From Candidatus Hydrogenedentota bacterium (GTDB lineage Bacteria; Hydrogenedentota; Hydrogenedentia; Hydrogenedentales; SLHB01), in assembly GCA_963745075.1 (NCBI GenBank), contig CAVUWV010000010.1, positions 128,001 through 192,000 of the forward strand: DNA of 64,000 bases, in the 5' to 3' direction. Positions 29,934 through 38,892 of this stretch are shown here, piece by piece. Numbering within the stretch: position 1 is the stretch's first letter; the number at the start of each line of letters is the position of its first letter. A program made the translations under genes and the position numbers. A model generated the notes under the pieces. That model was not told where the DNA came from. It saw only the letters and a program-made list of their open reading frames with translations, and ran no database searches.

Positions 29934-31019
29934 ATGCGCGTAACGTTCGTGTGTCCGCCGCCAGGACTCTCCGGTGGAATCCGCGTGATCGCAATTTACG
30001 CCGAACGGTTGGCTGCGCGCGGGCATGAGGTGGCCGTCGTGTATCCGCCAAATCCCCAGCCTACCACGCGCGATCGCGTACGCAGCTTGATTCGCGGGGA
30101 AGGGTGGGCCCGCATTCCGCACGTCTACCCGTCGCACCTGGATACGATCGAACCGTATTGTCACATTCTCGACCGGTGGCGGCCCCTCGAGGATCGCGAT
30201 GTGCCCGATGCCGACGTGGTGGTCGCGACGTGGTGGGAAACGGCGGAATGGGTAGACACGCTTTCTCCCGAGAAGGGGGCGAAGGCGTACTTCATCCAGC
30301 ACTACGAGACCCATGGCGGTCAGCCCGTCGAACGCGTTCAGCAGACGTGGCGCTTGAACATGCACAAGGTCGTCGTCGCTCGCTGGCTGTCCGACATCGC
30401 ACGCGACGAATACGGCGATTCTGACGTTTCCATCGTGCCGAACAGCGTCGATCTGGATATGTTTCACGCTGAAAAGCGCGGCAAACAGACCGCGCCGGCC
30501 GTGGGTTTCCTGTATTCGACCGCGTATTGGAAAGGCGCCGATATCGCCGCGCGCGCAATTGAAATCGCTCGGGAAACCGTGCCGGAGATTCAATCCGCCG
30601 CTTTCGGGATGATGGATCCTGAGCCGGAGTTACCCGTGCCGCGCGATACGCGTTTTTACAAATTGCCGGACCAAGACGCGATCCGCGCAATCTACGCGTC
30701 GTGCGACGTTTGGCTTATGGCCAGCCGCACCGAGGGATTTGGTTTGCCCATCCTGGAAGCCATGGCCTGCCGCACCCCCGTGATCGCGACGCCCGTAGGC
30801 GCCGCGCCGGAGCTGATCGGTCCGGGTGGCGGCCGCCTCGTGGCGAACGAGGATCCCGCGAGCATGGCCGAGGCTATCGTCGATATCGCACGCATGCCGG
30901 AGTCCGATTGGTCCGCCATGTCCGATTGTGCGTATGAGACCGCGACGCGGTACACTTGGGACGACGCAACCGAGGCGTTTGAACGTGCGTTGGAACGCGC
31001 AATGACCACCGCGGAGTAG
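29934..31019 (+). CDS. Family 4 glycosyltransferase
   Basis: SGGIRVI, VVVATWWETA and EGFGLPILEAMAC. Confidence 0.92.
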   Translation: MRVTFVCPPPGLSGGIRVIAIYAERLAARGHEVAVVYPPNPQPTTRDRVRSLIRGEGWARIPHVYPSHLDTIEPYCHILDRWRPLEDRDVPDADVVVATWWETAEWVDTLSPEKGAKAYFIQHYETHGGQPVERVQQTWRLNMHKVVVARWLSDIARDEYGDSDVSIVPNSVDLDMFHAEKRGKQTAPAVGFLYSTAYWKGADIAARAIEIARETVPEIQSAAFGMMDPEPELPVPRDTRFYKLPDQDAIRAIYASCDVWLMASRTEGFGLPILEAMACRTPVIATPVGAAPELIGPGGGRLVANEDPASMAEAIVDIARMPESDWSAMSDCAYETATRYTWDDATEAFERALERAMTTAE

Positions 31020-31025
31020 TCGAGC

Positions 31026-32438
31026 ATGCACGAGGGGACAACCGTAGTCGCGATTACGCTGTTCGGGTGGCCCTTTGTGCTCGCCACGCTCTACCTCATG
31101 CTGCCCGCGCAACGTGCGGTTATCGTTGCCTTCCTGTTTGCGTGGCTCTTCCTTCCCATAGCCGAGTACGAGTTTCAGGGGTTTCCGGAATACAACAAGA
31201 TGACGGCCACGTGTGTGGGCGCTTTTGCGGCGACTTTCGTTTTCGATGTGAACCGTATCGTCAGTTTCCGGCCCCGGTGGGTCGACCTTATCTGCCTCGT
31301 TCTGTGTTTCTGCCCGCTCGCGTCTTCCCTGACCAACGGACTCGGCGTGTATGATGGCCTTTCCGAGAGTCTGCGGCTTATCATTCGGTGGGGACTTCCG
31401 TATTTCATCGGCCGCATTTATTTTAACGATCTGCGGGGGTTGCGTGAACTCGCCATCGGAATCTTTATCGGCGGCGTCGTCTATGTGCCGCTGTGCTGGT
31501 TTGAACTCCGCTTCAGTCCCCAATTGCATCGGTTGGTCTATGGGTATCATCAGCACGGCTTCGTCCAGACCTTGCGGTACGGCGGCTACCGGCCGATGGT
31601 GTTCCTGCAACACGGTCTGATGGTCGGTACCTGGATGTCCACTGCGGCGTTGGTTGGGGTCGCCTTGTGGGGCACGGGCAGCATCCGGACGTTTCGAGGG
31701 GTTCCCTTCTACGTATTCGTTGCAGCGGTTTTCGTCACGGCGATCTTGTGTAAGTCCACCGGCGCGATCCTGCTCCTGATTCTCGGGATCGGAACGATGG
31801 TGGCCACGCGATACCTGCGCAATTCGCTCCCCTTGATCGCCGTCTCACTAATCTATGTGGTGTACGTGTCCCTTCGCGCGAGCGGGCTCTGGTCCGGCAC
31901 GGAACTCGTCACCGCCGCGAACCAGGTTTTTGGCGAGGATCGCGCCGCATCGATCGATGTCCGTATCACCAACGAAAACGCGCTGGTTGGAAGGGCCACG
32001 CAACGGCCCGTATTCGGTTGGGGAGGCTGGGGCCGATCCCGAATCACCGACGCCATGGGGCACGACATCAGCATTACCGACAGCCAGTGGGTTATCACCT
32101 ACGGTATGAATGGTTTTCTGGGGCTCGCTTCGATTGCGGCGCTCGTGATCGTTCCGATTATGATGATACCGCGGAAGATCCCTCCCCGGCTCTGGTTCCA
32201 CCCGGCCGTCGTGGCGGTCCCAACGCTCGCGCTCGTGCTCGCTCTCTGGATGATCGACAACACGATGAACAACATGTTCAACCCCATTTACGTTCTCATC
32301 GCCGGAGGGTTAGCGGGGCAAAACGCCGTCACCGAAATGCAGCTTGCGCCGCCAACGAGACGGCGTGCGGTGGCGGGGGATCGAGACCTCACGCGCACGA
32401 GAGCCCGAAGCTTCCGCACTCGAACGCGCGTCCGGTAG
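31026..32438 (+). CDS. O-antigen ligase / Wzy-like polymerase
   Basis: Polytopic membrane protein with YRPMVFLQHGL, KSTGA and RPVFGWGGWGR. Confidence 0.75.
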   Translation: MHEGTTVVAITLFGWPFVLATLYLMLPAQRAVIVAFLFAWLFLPIAEYEFQGFPEYNKMTATCVGAFAATFVFDVNRIVSFRPRWVDLICLVLCFCPLASSLTNGLGVYDGLSESLRLIIRWGLPYFIGRIYFNDLRGLRELAIGIFIGGVVYVPLCWFELRFSPQLHRLVYGYHQHGFVQTLRYGGYRPMVFLQHGLMVGTWMSTAALVGVALWGTGSIRTFRGVPFYVFVAAVFVTAILCKSTGAILLLILGIGTMVATRYLRNSLPLIAVSLIYVVYVSLRASGLWSGTELVTAANQVFGEDRAASIDVRITNENALVGRATQRPVFGWGGWGRSRITDAMGHDISITDSQWVITYGMNGFLGLASIAALVIVPIMMIPRKIPPRLWFHPAVVAVPTLALVLALWMIDNTMNNMFNPIYVLIAGGLAGQNAVTEMQLAPPTRRRAVAGDRDLTRTRARSFRTRTRVR

Positions 32439-32447
32439 AAGGACCGG

Positions 32448-33701
32448 TTAAGGAAGGTGAGCTTTTATCAGTGCGCTTCGTTCCCGGAATACGGCTGCAT
32501 CGTTAAACCGCGCCCCATTGGCCCCCGCGTCGCGTATCAAAGCGGCTAAGGCCTCCCGGTCCAACGCAAGTTTGGCCAATTGCGCCCCCAAGGACTTCCA
32601 GTCTCCAATGGGAACGAAGTGTCCGCCGCCGTGCCCCTCGACAAGATCCCGTGCGAATGCATTATCGTAGCCCACAATTGGGGTGCCCGACACCAGCGCC
32701 TCCAGCAGGCATCGTGGTGATTCGGGGGTGAGGTGGGTGAAGGTCAGAACGTGGCTTTCGCGCAGAGTGCACAAGAGGCGTTCTCTGTCGTCCACGAAAC
32801 CAGGCAGCGCAAGCGCCTCGCCGAGTCCCAGTTCTTTGGCCAACCCGCGCATCTCTTCGAGCAGTGGGCCATCTCCGAGCCACGTCGCAGCAATGGATGC
32901 TCCGCGCTCCCGGGCATGTGCCATGGCCCGCACCCAGTCCAGCGGCGCTTTAATTCCCGTGGCCCGGCCAGCGTAGCACACCCGAAGCGTCGTGTCGTGA
33001 ACGGCTTTGCTCGCTTTGACTTCGCACGCCGCTGGCGAAATGCAGTCCGCAGGCTTCGTATGGACGTCGTGAATGTTGTGGTTGTTCTCGCAGTACGGAC
33101 TGTAGGCCTGGTAACAATCGAATCCGTGCCAAAGTCCGAGGGAGCAGCGACGAACGAGCCTCTCGTGATACCATTTGATGATGGGCGCTTCCAGATGCGC
33201 GCGCACCCGCCGCTTGACGCGATGACCTTGTGCTATCTGCACGACCAATTTGTGCGCCACGTTGTCGGTGTGCAACGCATACGGGCGGTCTTGCCGGTAT
33301 GCTTCCATGGCCGCGACCGCCGCCCAATCTCCCGCGAGACCGCTGATGGCGAACTGCAGATACCGGCTCTGTGCGATACGCTTACCCAATAGCGCCCGAG
33401 TCTTGCTGTATCTGCGGATGAATTCGATGTACGAGAAGGTCCAGGGCAATCGCACAAACTCGACCCGGCCGTGCCACGCTTGCTCAGACACGTCCAACCA
33501 GACTGACGAGCCGTCGCTGGTAATCATCGATTCGGGAATTACGGGTACCGCCACAATCAGTGATTCAAAATTGTCCGCCCAACGCGCGACTCCGTTGCAG
33601 GCCTGCGCCTCGAACAAGACGACGCCGTCCCGTACCCGGACCGGTACCGGCAGGACCAACAGCATTCGGTCGTTTTCCGGCAGTCTTCGCACTTCACCCA
33701 T
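32448..33701 (-). CDS. GT-B (family 4-like) glycosyltransferase
   Basis: CYAGR...KAPLDW, WLGDGPL and ESPRCLLEALVSGTPIVGY; start at ATG 33701 chosen from the GGAGG SD. Confidence 0.8.
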   Translation of the reverse strand: MGEVRRLPENDRMLLVLPVPVRVRDGVVLFEAQACNGVARWADNFESLIVAVPVIPESMITSDGSSVWLDVSEQAWHGRVEFVRLPWTFSYIEFIRRYSKTRALLGKRIAQSRYLQFAISGLAGDWAAVAAMEAYRQDRPYALHTDNVAHKLVVQIAQGHRVKRRVRAHLEAPIIKWYHERLVRRCSLGLWHGFDCYQAYSPYCENNHNIHDVHTKPADCISPAACEVKASKAVHDTTLRVCYAGRATGIKAPLDWVRAMAHARERGASIAATWLGDGPLLEEMRGLAKELGLGEALALPGFVDDRERLLCTLRESHVLTFTHLTPESPRCLLEALVSGTPIVGYDNAFARDLVEGHGGGHFVPIGDWKSLGAQLAKLALDREALAALIRDAGANGARFNDAAVFRERSALIKAHLP

Positions 33702-33797
33702 GAATAGGGGGATCCTCCCGCAGAAACCGTGAAAGTGCGCCATCATACGGCGCTTTGCGGTGCGAAACAAGCGACCATTACGATAGTTCCACGCAGT

Positions 33798-35030
33798 TCA
33801 GTTTGCACGTTTCACCGCGACTTCGAAGATCTTGCCGCGCCGCGTACGCCGGATCATGAATTCGAGATCGTTCACCTCGAAGGTCTCATTGCGTGTTGGC
33901 AAACGGCCAAGCTGCCGGATCAACCACGATGACGTGCTGCCCTCCGCATCCGGCAGCGACAGGCCCATGGTCTGTTGCAGCTTGCCCACCGGGTACCCGC
34001 CGCCGACCATCCAAGTCCCGCCGCTGAGGGCATGGCACATCCGGGGCAGACGATCGAATTCATCTTCCAATTCCCCTACCAGTTCCTCGACCAAGTCTTC
34101 CATTGTAACCAGCCCGAGCGCCTTTCCTTCGGCGGATTGCACAATCGCCATATGCACGTGCTCTTCCACGAAGGCCTTCAACAGTTCCACCGACAACGTC
34201 TCCGGATGGACAAAACGCACTGGCCGAATGATTCCCCTCAGACTCGGATCCTCCGGATTGGTGCGTGCCCGGTAGATCATCTCTTTGAAATTCACATACC
34301 CCAGGACCGCGTCCCGATCGTCGCCCTCCATGATTGGAAAGCGGGTGTGCGGATCAAAGTGCGCCGTGAGAATCGCATCCGTCATCGTCTGCTTGGTCGA
34401 CAAAAATGTGATCTGTTCCGCCGGGATCATCACCGACTCGACCGGCGTGTCCGACATGGTCACCGCGCGCTTGATGATGTTCTCTTCGTACGGTCCGATC
34501 AGGTCGCTTAGCCGCGCCATTCCTGTGAGCGCCATCATTTCATCGATGGTGCCGCTGCGTTTTTCGCGCCCGGTCCTTTTGCCTTCAAAAGGACGGTTCA
34601 GCAACCGGACGATAAACGTGGCCGGCGCCATGATCTTCACGGTCATCGCCAAGGGCTGCGCGATAATGGGGGCAAGTCGCTCGTTGTACCGTACTCCCAG
34701 CGTCTTGGGAAGGATTTCCGTGAACTGGAGAATTGCCAAAGAAAACGCAATGGAAAAAACTGCGATCCATTGTGGACCGAAGACGCGATCGAACTCCGCG
34801 CCCGCGACCGTCGCACCGATCGTGTGTGCCAACGTGTTGATGATTAAGATTACGGCGATCGGGCGCTGAATCTCCGATTTGTGCCGTTCCCACGCCTGGG
34901 CCGCTTTCGGGTGCCGTTTGGCGAGTTCTGCAACCTGGACCGGCGTAATGCTGAGCAGGACTGCCTCCAGCAGGGAACACATGCCAGATAACAGCAAGAC
35001 TAGTCCCACGCTCACGATAAGTAACGTCAT
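33798..35030 (-). CDS. CNNM/HlyC-CorC family transporter (DUF21-CBS-CorC)
   Basis: SLLEAVLLS, NTLAHTIGA, EILPKTLG, HTRFPI and GLVTMEDLVEELVGE. Confidence 0.9.
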   Translation of the reverse strand: MTLLIVSVGLVLLLSGMCSLLEAVLLSITPVQVAELAKRHPKAAQAWERHKSEIQRPIAVILIINTLAHTIGATVAGAEFDRVFGPQWIAVFSIAFSLAILQFTEILPKTLGVRYNERLAPIIAQPLAMTVKIMAPATFIVRLLNRPFEGKRTGREKRSGTIDEMMALTGMARLSDLIGPYEENIIKRAVTMSDTPVESVMIPAEQITFLSTKQTMTDAILTAHFDPHTRFPIMEGDDRDAVLGYVNFKEMIYRARTNPEDPSLRGIIRPVRFVHPETLSVELLKAFVEEHVHMAIVQSAEGKALGLVTMEDLVEELVGELEDEFDRLPRMCHALSGGTWMVGGGYPVGKLQQTMGLSLPDAEGSTSSWLIRQLGRLPTRNETFEVNDLEFMIRRTRRGKIFEVAVKRAN

Positions 35031-35119
35031 GTCAACTCCTTCTGACTGATCCGCTGGCGAGTGCTGCCTACTGGAATCTTGCCTCGCAACGCAACGAGAC
35101 GGGATCGTCCCAGCCTTTT

Positions 35120-35168
35120 TGCTTTATGTTGAAAAGTACTTGACAATCGTGCTCCTTTCCCGTACCAT
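35120..35168 (+). promoter_or_regulatory. Operator half-palindrome plus sigma70 promoter (probably a leaderless mRNA)
   Basis: GCTTT-N7-AAAGTA abutting TTGACA (35140)-N17-TACCAT (35163); the ATG at 35175 follows the -10 after a 6-nt gap. Confidence 0.55.
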
Positions 35169-35174
35169 AGACTT

Positions 35175-35789
35175 ATGAACGCGACCCGGCAAACGCGGAT
35201 TTCCACCGGCGAGCCCGTTCGGCTCCATTCCCATGCCATGGACAACCTCCGTTTTATACGGGAAACCATGGAACGTTCCACTTCCTTCACCGCCGTCCCG
35301 GGGTGGGGGACAGCGGGCATGGGCGCGATTGCTTGTGCGGGTGCCGTGACGGCTTCGCTCATGGCGTCTGAACCCGCGTGGCTTACCGTTTGGATTGTCG
35401 CCGCCTGCTGCGCGGTAGCGCTTGGTACGGCCTCCTTGGTTCGCAAGGCGCGCTTGGTAAACGAATCCCTTTTCCAGGGCGCCGGTCGTCGCTTCGTATT
35501 GGGCATGCTGCCTCCGGTGGTCGCGGGTATGGTGCTGACCGCCGTGTTCTTCCGATTGAACCTGTTTTCCATCATGCCGGCGACCTGGCTCCTGCTCTAC
35601 GGCGCCGGCGTGGTGACCGGCGGCGCCTATAGCGTTCGGATTGTCCCCGTCATGGGGCTATGTTTCATGATACTCGGAATCGTTGCATTTGGGATCGGCA
35701 CCGCGTGGGCCAACGCCGTCATGGCGATTGGGTTCGGCGGGTTTCACATCCTGTTCGGCACCATCATAGCGAGACGACACGGTGGGTAG
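35175..35789 (+). CDS. Conserved-looking integral membrane protein (about 6 TM)
   Basis: AMDNLRFIRETMER N-terminus, hydrophobic segments and GFGGFHILFG; overlaps the start of the wHTH gene. Confidence 0.75.
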   Translation: MNATRQTRISTGEPVRLHSHAMDNLRFIRETMERSTSFTAVPGWGTAGMGAIACAGAVTASLMASEPAWLTVWIVAACCAVALGTASLVRKARLVNESLFQGAGRRFVLGMLPPVVAGMVLTAVFFRLNLFSIMPATWLLLYGAGVVTGGAYSVRIVPVMGLCFMILGIVAFGIGTAWANAVMAIGFGGFHILFGTIIARRHGG

Positions 35790-36180
35790 ACAGAACACAG
35801 CCAAGAACCGTCAATCCGACGAGATCGATCGCACCTCCGAAGCGGCGGAAAACGCCGCTCACCGGGTGGTCGCGACCGGCCTTGACCGCGTGATACACGA
35901 GCGGATGCGTCTGGCCGTTGTCAGTGCCCTCGCCGTCAATCCGACGCTGAGTTTCAACGAATTGAAACGCATCTTGAACACGACGGATGGCAATCTCAGC
36001 GTCCACGCGCGCAAACTCGAGGATGCCGGCTACATCCAGTGCGATAAATTCTTCCAGGGTCGAGTTCCCAAGACGGTTTACGCGCTGACCGACGCCGGCC
36101 GCCAAGCCCTCGAACGCTATCTCAGCCACATGGAGACCCTGATCCGCCGCGTCCGCGAAGAAGACAATGGCGGGTCGTGA
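35782..36180 (+). CDS. Winged-helix transcriptional regulator (HTH_34/ArsR-MarR-like)
   Basis: LDRVIHERMRL, LSFNELK, TDGNLSVHARKLEDAGYI and TVYALTDAGR. Confidence 0.9.
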   Translation: MGRQNTAKNRQSDEIDRTSEAAENAAHRVVATGLDRVIHERMRLAVVSALAVNPTLSFNELKRILNTTDGNLSVHARKLEDAGYIQCDKFFQGRVPKTVYALTDAGRQALERYLSHMETLIRRVREEDNGGS

Positions 36181-36231
36181 ACACGTACGCGGAATAAGCA
36201 AGAGATGCATCTAAACAGTGCTGTAGCCCAA

Positions 36232-36389
36232 AAGAACATCCCCCTTGATCCCCCTTCGAAGGGGGAAATTCGCAACGCTTCGCGTTGCGCGGGGGCTGGC
36301 AACGGCTTAAAGCGCTGCGCGTCACATACACCAGGAACGTTAGTTGCGCACAATTCCCCCTTTGAAGGGGGATCAAGGGGGATGTTCTT
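36232..36389. mobile_element. Non-autonomous inverted-repeat element (MITE/REP-like)
   Basis: 36-bp terminal inverted repeats AAGAACATCCCCCTTGATCCCCCTTC(G/A)AAGGGGGAA (1 mismatch), each containing an internal CCCCCTT-N2-AAGGGGG hairpin. Confidence 0.7.
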
Positions 36390-36450
36390 CCGCATGCACT
36401 TTTTGCGCAACGGATTCTAAGTAGCAAGGCGGGAATTTTTTTTGTTTCTA

Positions 36451-36486
36451 TACTTTATATAAAAAAGTACTCTATAAATGTAAGGA
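36451..36486. promoter_or_regulatory. Palindromic operator TACTTT-N7-AAAGTA plus a degenerate tandem copy
   Basis: TACTTTATATAAAAAAGTA directly upstream of uppS; same motif as at 35120. Confidence 0.6.
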
Positions 36487-36494
36487 ATTGTTGT

Positions 36495-37238
36495 ATGTCA
36501 ATTAAAGTATCTTTTAGGAAAAGTATTCACGTCGCTATCATCATGGATGGCAACGGCCGGTGGGCCGTCCAACGCGGGCTGGCTCGTTCCGACGGACACC
36601 GGGAAGGCGTCAAAACCGTCCGCGACATCGTCCAAGCCGCCCGCGAGCGGAGCATAGGAATACTGACCCTATTCGCCTTCTCCGTCGATAATTGGCGCCG
36701 TTCCCGCGAAGAAGTCACCGCCATCTTCGACCTCATGGAACACTACCTGTACGCCGAGACGCCGGAATGCGTCGAACGCGGTATCCGGATTTCCGTCATA
36801 GGCCACCGGGAAGGCCTCAGCGCCGGACTCCGGGAAGCCATCCGCCAGGCCGAGGAAGCCACTCACGGTGGACCCAACCTCTGGCTACGCATCGCGCTCA
36901 ACTACTCCTCCCGTGACGCCATCCTGCGCGCCGCTCTACGTTCTGCCCGCGAACCGGTCCGAAGCCGCCAGGATTTCGCCCGCCTTCTCGCGGATGACAA
37001 CGGCGAGACCGCACCCGAAGTCGACCTCCTCATCCGGACCGGGGGAGAGCGCCGACTCAGCGACTTCCTCCTCTGGGAAAGCGCCTACGCCGAACTCCAC
37101 TTTACGCCCGTCTCCTGGCCCGACTTCACACCCGCCGACCTCGACACCGCGCTCGCGGACTTCCACCACCGCGACCGCCGTTTCGGCGCTGCGCCCCCGC
37201 CCGCTGTGGCGACCGCCAACGATTCGTGGCTCCAGTGA
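36495..37238 (+). CDS. uppS: cis-prenyltransferase (UppS family)
   Basis: HVAIIMDGNGRWA, FAFSVDNWRR and DLLIRTGGERRLSDFLLWESAYAE. Confidence 0.9.
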   Translation: MSIKVSFRKSIHVAIIMDGNGRWAVQRGLARSDGHREGVKTVRDIVQAARERSIGILTLFAFSVDNWRRSREEVTAIFDLMEHYLYAETPECVERGIRISVIGHREGLSAGLREAIRQAEEATHGGPNLWLRIALNYSSRDAILRAALRSAREPVRSRQDFARLLADDNGETAPEVDLLIRTGGERRLSDFLLWESAYAELHFTPVSWPDFTPADLDTALADFHHRDRRFGAAPPPAVATANDSWLQ

Positions 37239-37476
37239 CTGAGGGTCAATATACATAGGATGGATAACGGGCATGCATTCTATGTTTGTGTGGCGGCGCG
37301 CTCTTTTGAAGTCAAATTCGCTGTTCATCTTGTAAGACATTTTGTATGAGCACTTTAGCTGAAACACCCTGACTTGGCATCTGGCGTGCTCTTCCTCATG
37401 GCAAGAGCCTTCGGCAGCAACACGATTCCACGGCGTAGCGGGGGCTTGCGGCTCGTAATCCAGGAAGGAAGCAGAC

Positions 37477-38865
37477 ATGAACATCCTACTGATCGCACCG
37501 GCATCGGGACCGTGGCGGGGTATTGACCGGCACACGGCATTCAACGGGAAAACATTCCGTTTTTCGATGCTCTCCCTGCTCACGGTCGCGGCGTTGTCAC
37601 CGCGTGACGCGAAAGTGACCGTCATCGACGAGCAGGTCGAGAACATCCCGGACGACAATTTCGATTTGGTCGGTATTACGGCCATGACAGCGCTTGCGCC
37701 TAGGGCCTACGAACTCAGCGCGCAATTTCGGGCGCGCGGTATTCCTGTCGTGATGGGTGGATTCCACGCGACCCTGAATCCCCAGGAAGTGCTCGAACAC
37801 GTCGACGCGATCGTCGAGGGTCCTGCGACCGGCGCGTGGGAGCGGGTATGTGAAGACGTTCGCCACGGACGGCTCCAGCGCCGCTACCGGGGGGATTCCG
37901 ACGCGCCATTCCCCAAACGGCTGCCCCGCGAACTGTTGGCCTCAAGACATTACCAATCCGTCAACGCCACCGTCGCGACGATGGGGTGCCGCAATCACTG
38001 CCACTTCTGTTCGATCAATGCGTTTCACGGTGGAAACCGTTTCACGCGGCCCGTCGCGGACGTTGTCGCCGAAGTCGCGGAGTTCTCCAAAGGCCTGTTC
38101 GTGTTTGTGGACGACAATCTCACGCAAGATCGTGCGTACGCCCTCGAACTGTTCCGGACGCTCGCGCCGTTGAAGCGGCATTGGGTGGTCCAAGCATCGA
38201 TTGCCATTGCGGAAGATGCGGAACTGGTTTCAGCCATGGCGGACGGCGGATGCATGGGCGTGTTCGTCGGTCTCGAAACGTTTAGTGCCGAGGCACTCGC
38301 GCAGCAAGACAAGGAGTTCAACAAACCGCAGCAGTATCGTGATGCCGTGCGCACCCTGCACCGCAACGGCATGTTCGTCGAGGCGGGCGTCATCGTCGGG
38401 TTCGACGCCGACCAGCGGACCGTGTTCCGCGACACCCTGCGCTTGCTCGATTGGGCCGGTATCGACGCGATTCAACTCGCCATCTTGACGCCGCTGCCCG
38501 GCACACCGCTCTATACCGCCATGAAGGAACGCATCATCGACGACAACTGGGAGCACTACGACTATCGCCATGCGGTATTCACACCCAAGAACATGACTGC
38601 CGCCGAGTTGCAGGACGGCGCAGACTGGATGGTGTCCGCGTTTTACTCGCCCGGGCGGATGGTCCGGCGCTTCTGCCGTTGGGTTGCCATGCCGCGCGGC
38701 TTACGCACATGCGTCTATCCGCTCGCCCTCAACCTTGCGTACTACGGGCGGGTTCGACGCTTTCGCATCCAGGGCTATGACCCCGGCACGACGAAGACCC
38801 CGGCGCGGCACATTGCGGCGTCGCCCCCTCGCATTCACGGACAACGCACATCGTATTCGCGATAG
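37477..38865 (+). CDS. B12-binding radical SAM protein
   Basis: N-terminal cobalamin-binding-like domain (VVMGGFHAT), CRNHCHFC, FVDDNL and LTPLPGTPLY. Confidence 0.9.
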   Translation: MNILLIAPASGPWRGIDRHTAFNGKTFRFSMLSLLTVAALSPRDAKVTVIDEQVENIPDDNFDLVGITAMTALAPRAYELSAQFRARGIPVVMGGFHATLNPQEVLEHVDAIVEGPATGAWERVCEDVRHGRLQRRYRGDSDAPFPKRLPRELLASRHYQSVNATVATMGCRNHCHFCSINAFHGGNRFTRPVADVVAEVAEFSKGLFVFVDDNLTQDRAYALELFRTLAPLKRHWVVQASIAIAEDAELVSAMADGGCMGVFVGLETFSAEALAQQDKEFNKPQQYRDAVRTLHRNGMFVEAGVIVGFDADQRTVFRDTLRLLDWAGIDAIQLAILTPLPGTPLYTAMKERIIDDNWEHYDYRHAVFTPKNMTAAELQDGADWMVSAFYSPGRMVRRFCRWVAMPRGLRTCVYPLALNLAYYGRVRRFRIQGYDPGTTKTPARHIAASPPRIHGQRTSYSR

Positions 38866-38892
38866 CCGACGCCTCACGATCGAATGCGGTAG

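Noticed and set aside
36117..36427. Short ORFs containing NIPLDPPSKGE
   Set aside because: They are translations of the inverted-repeat element.
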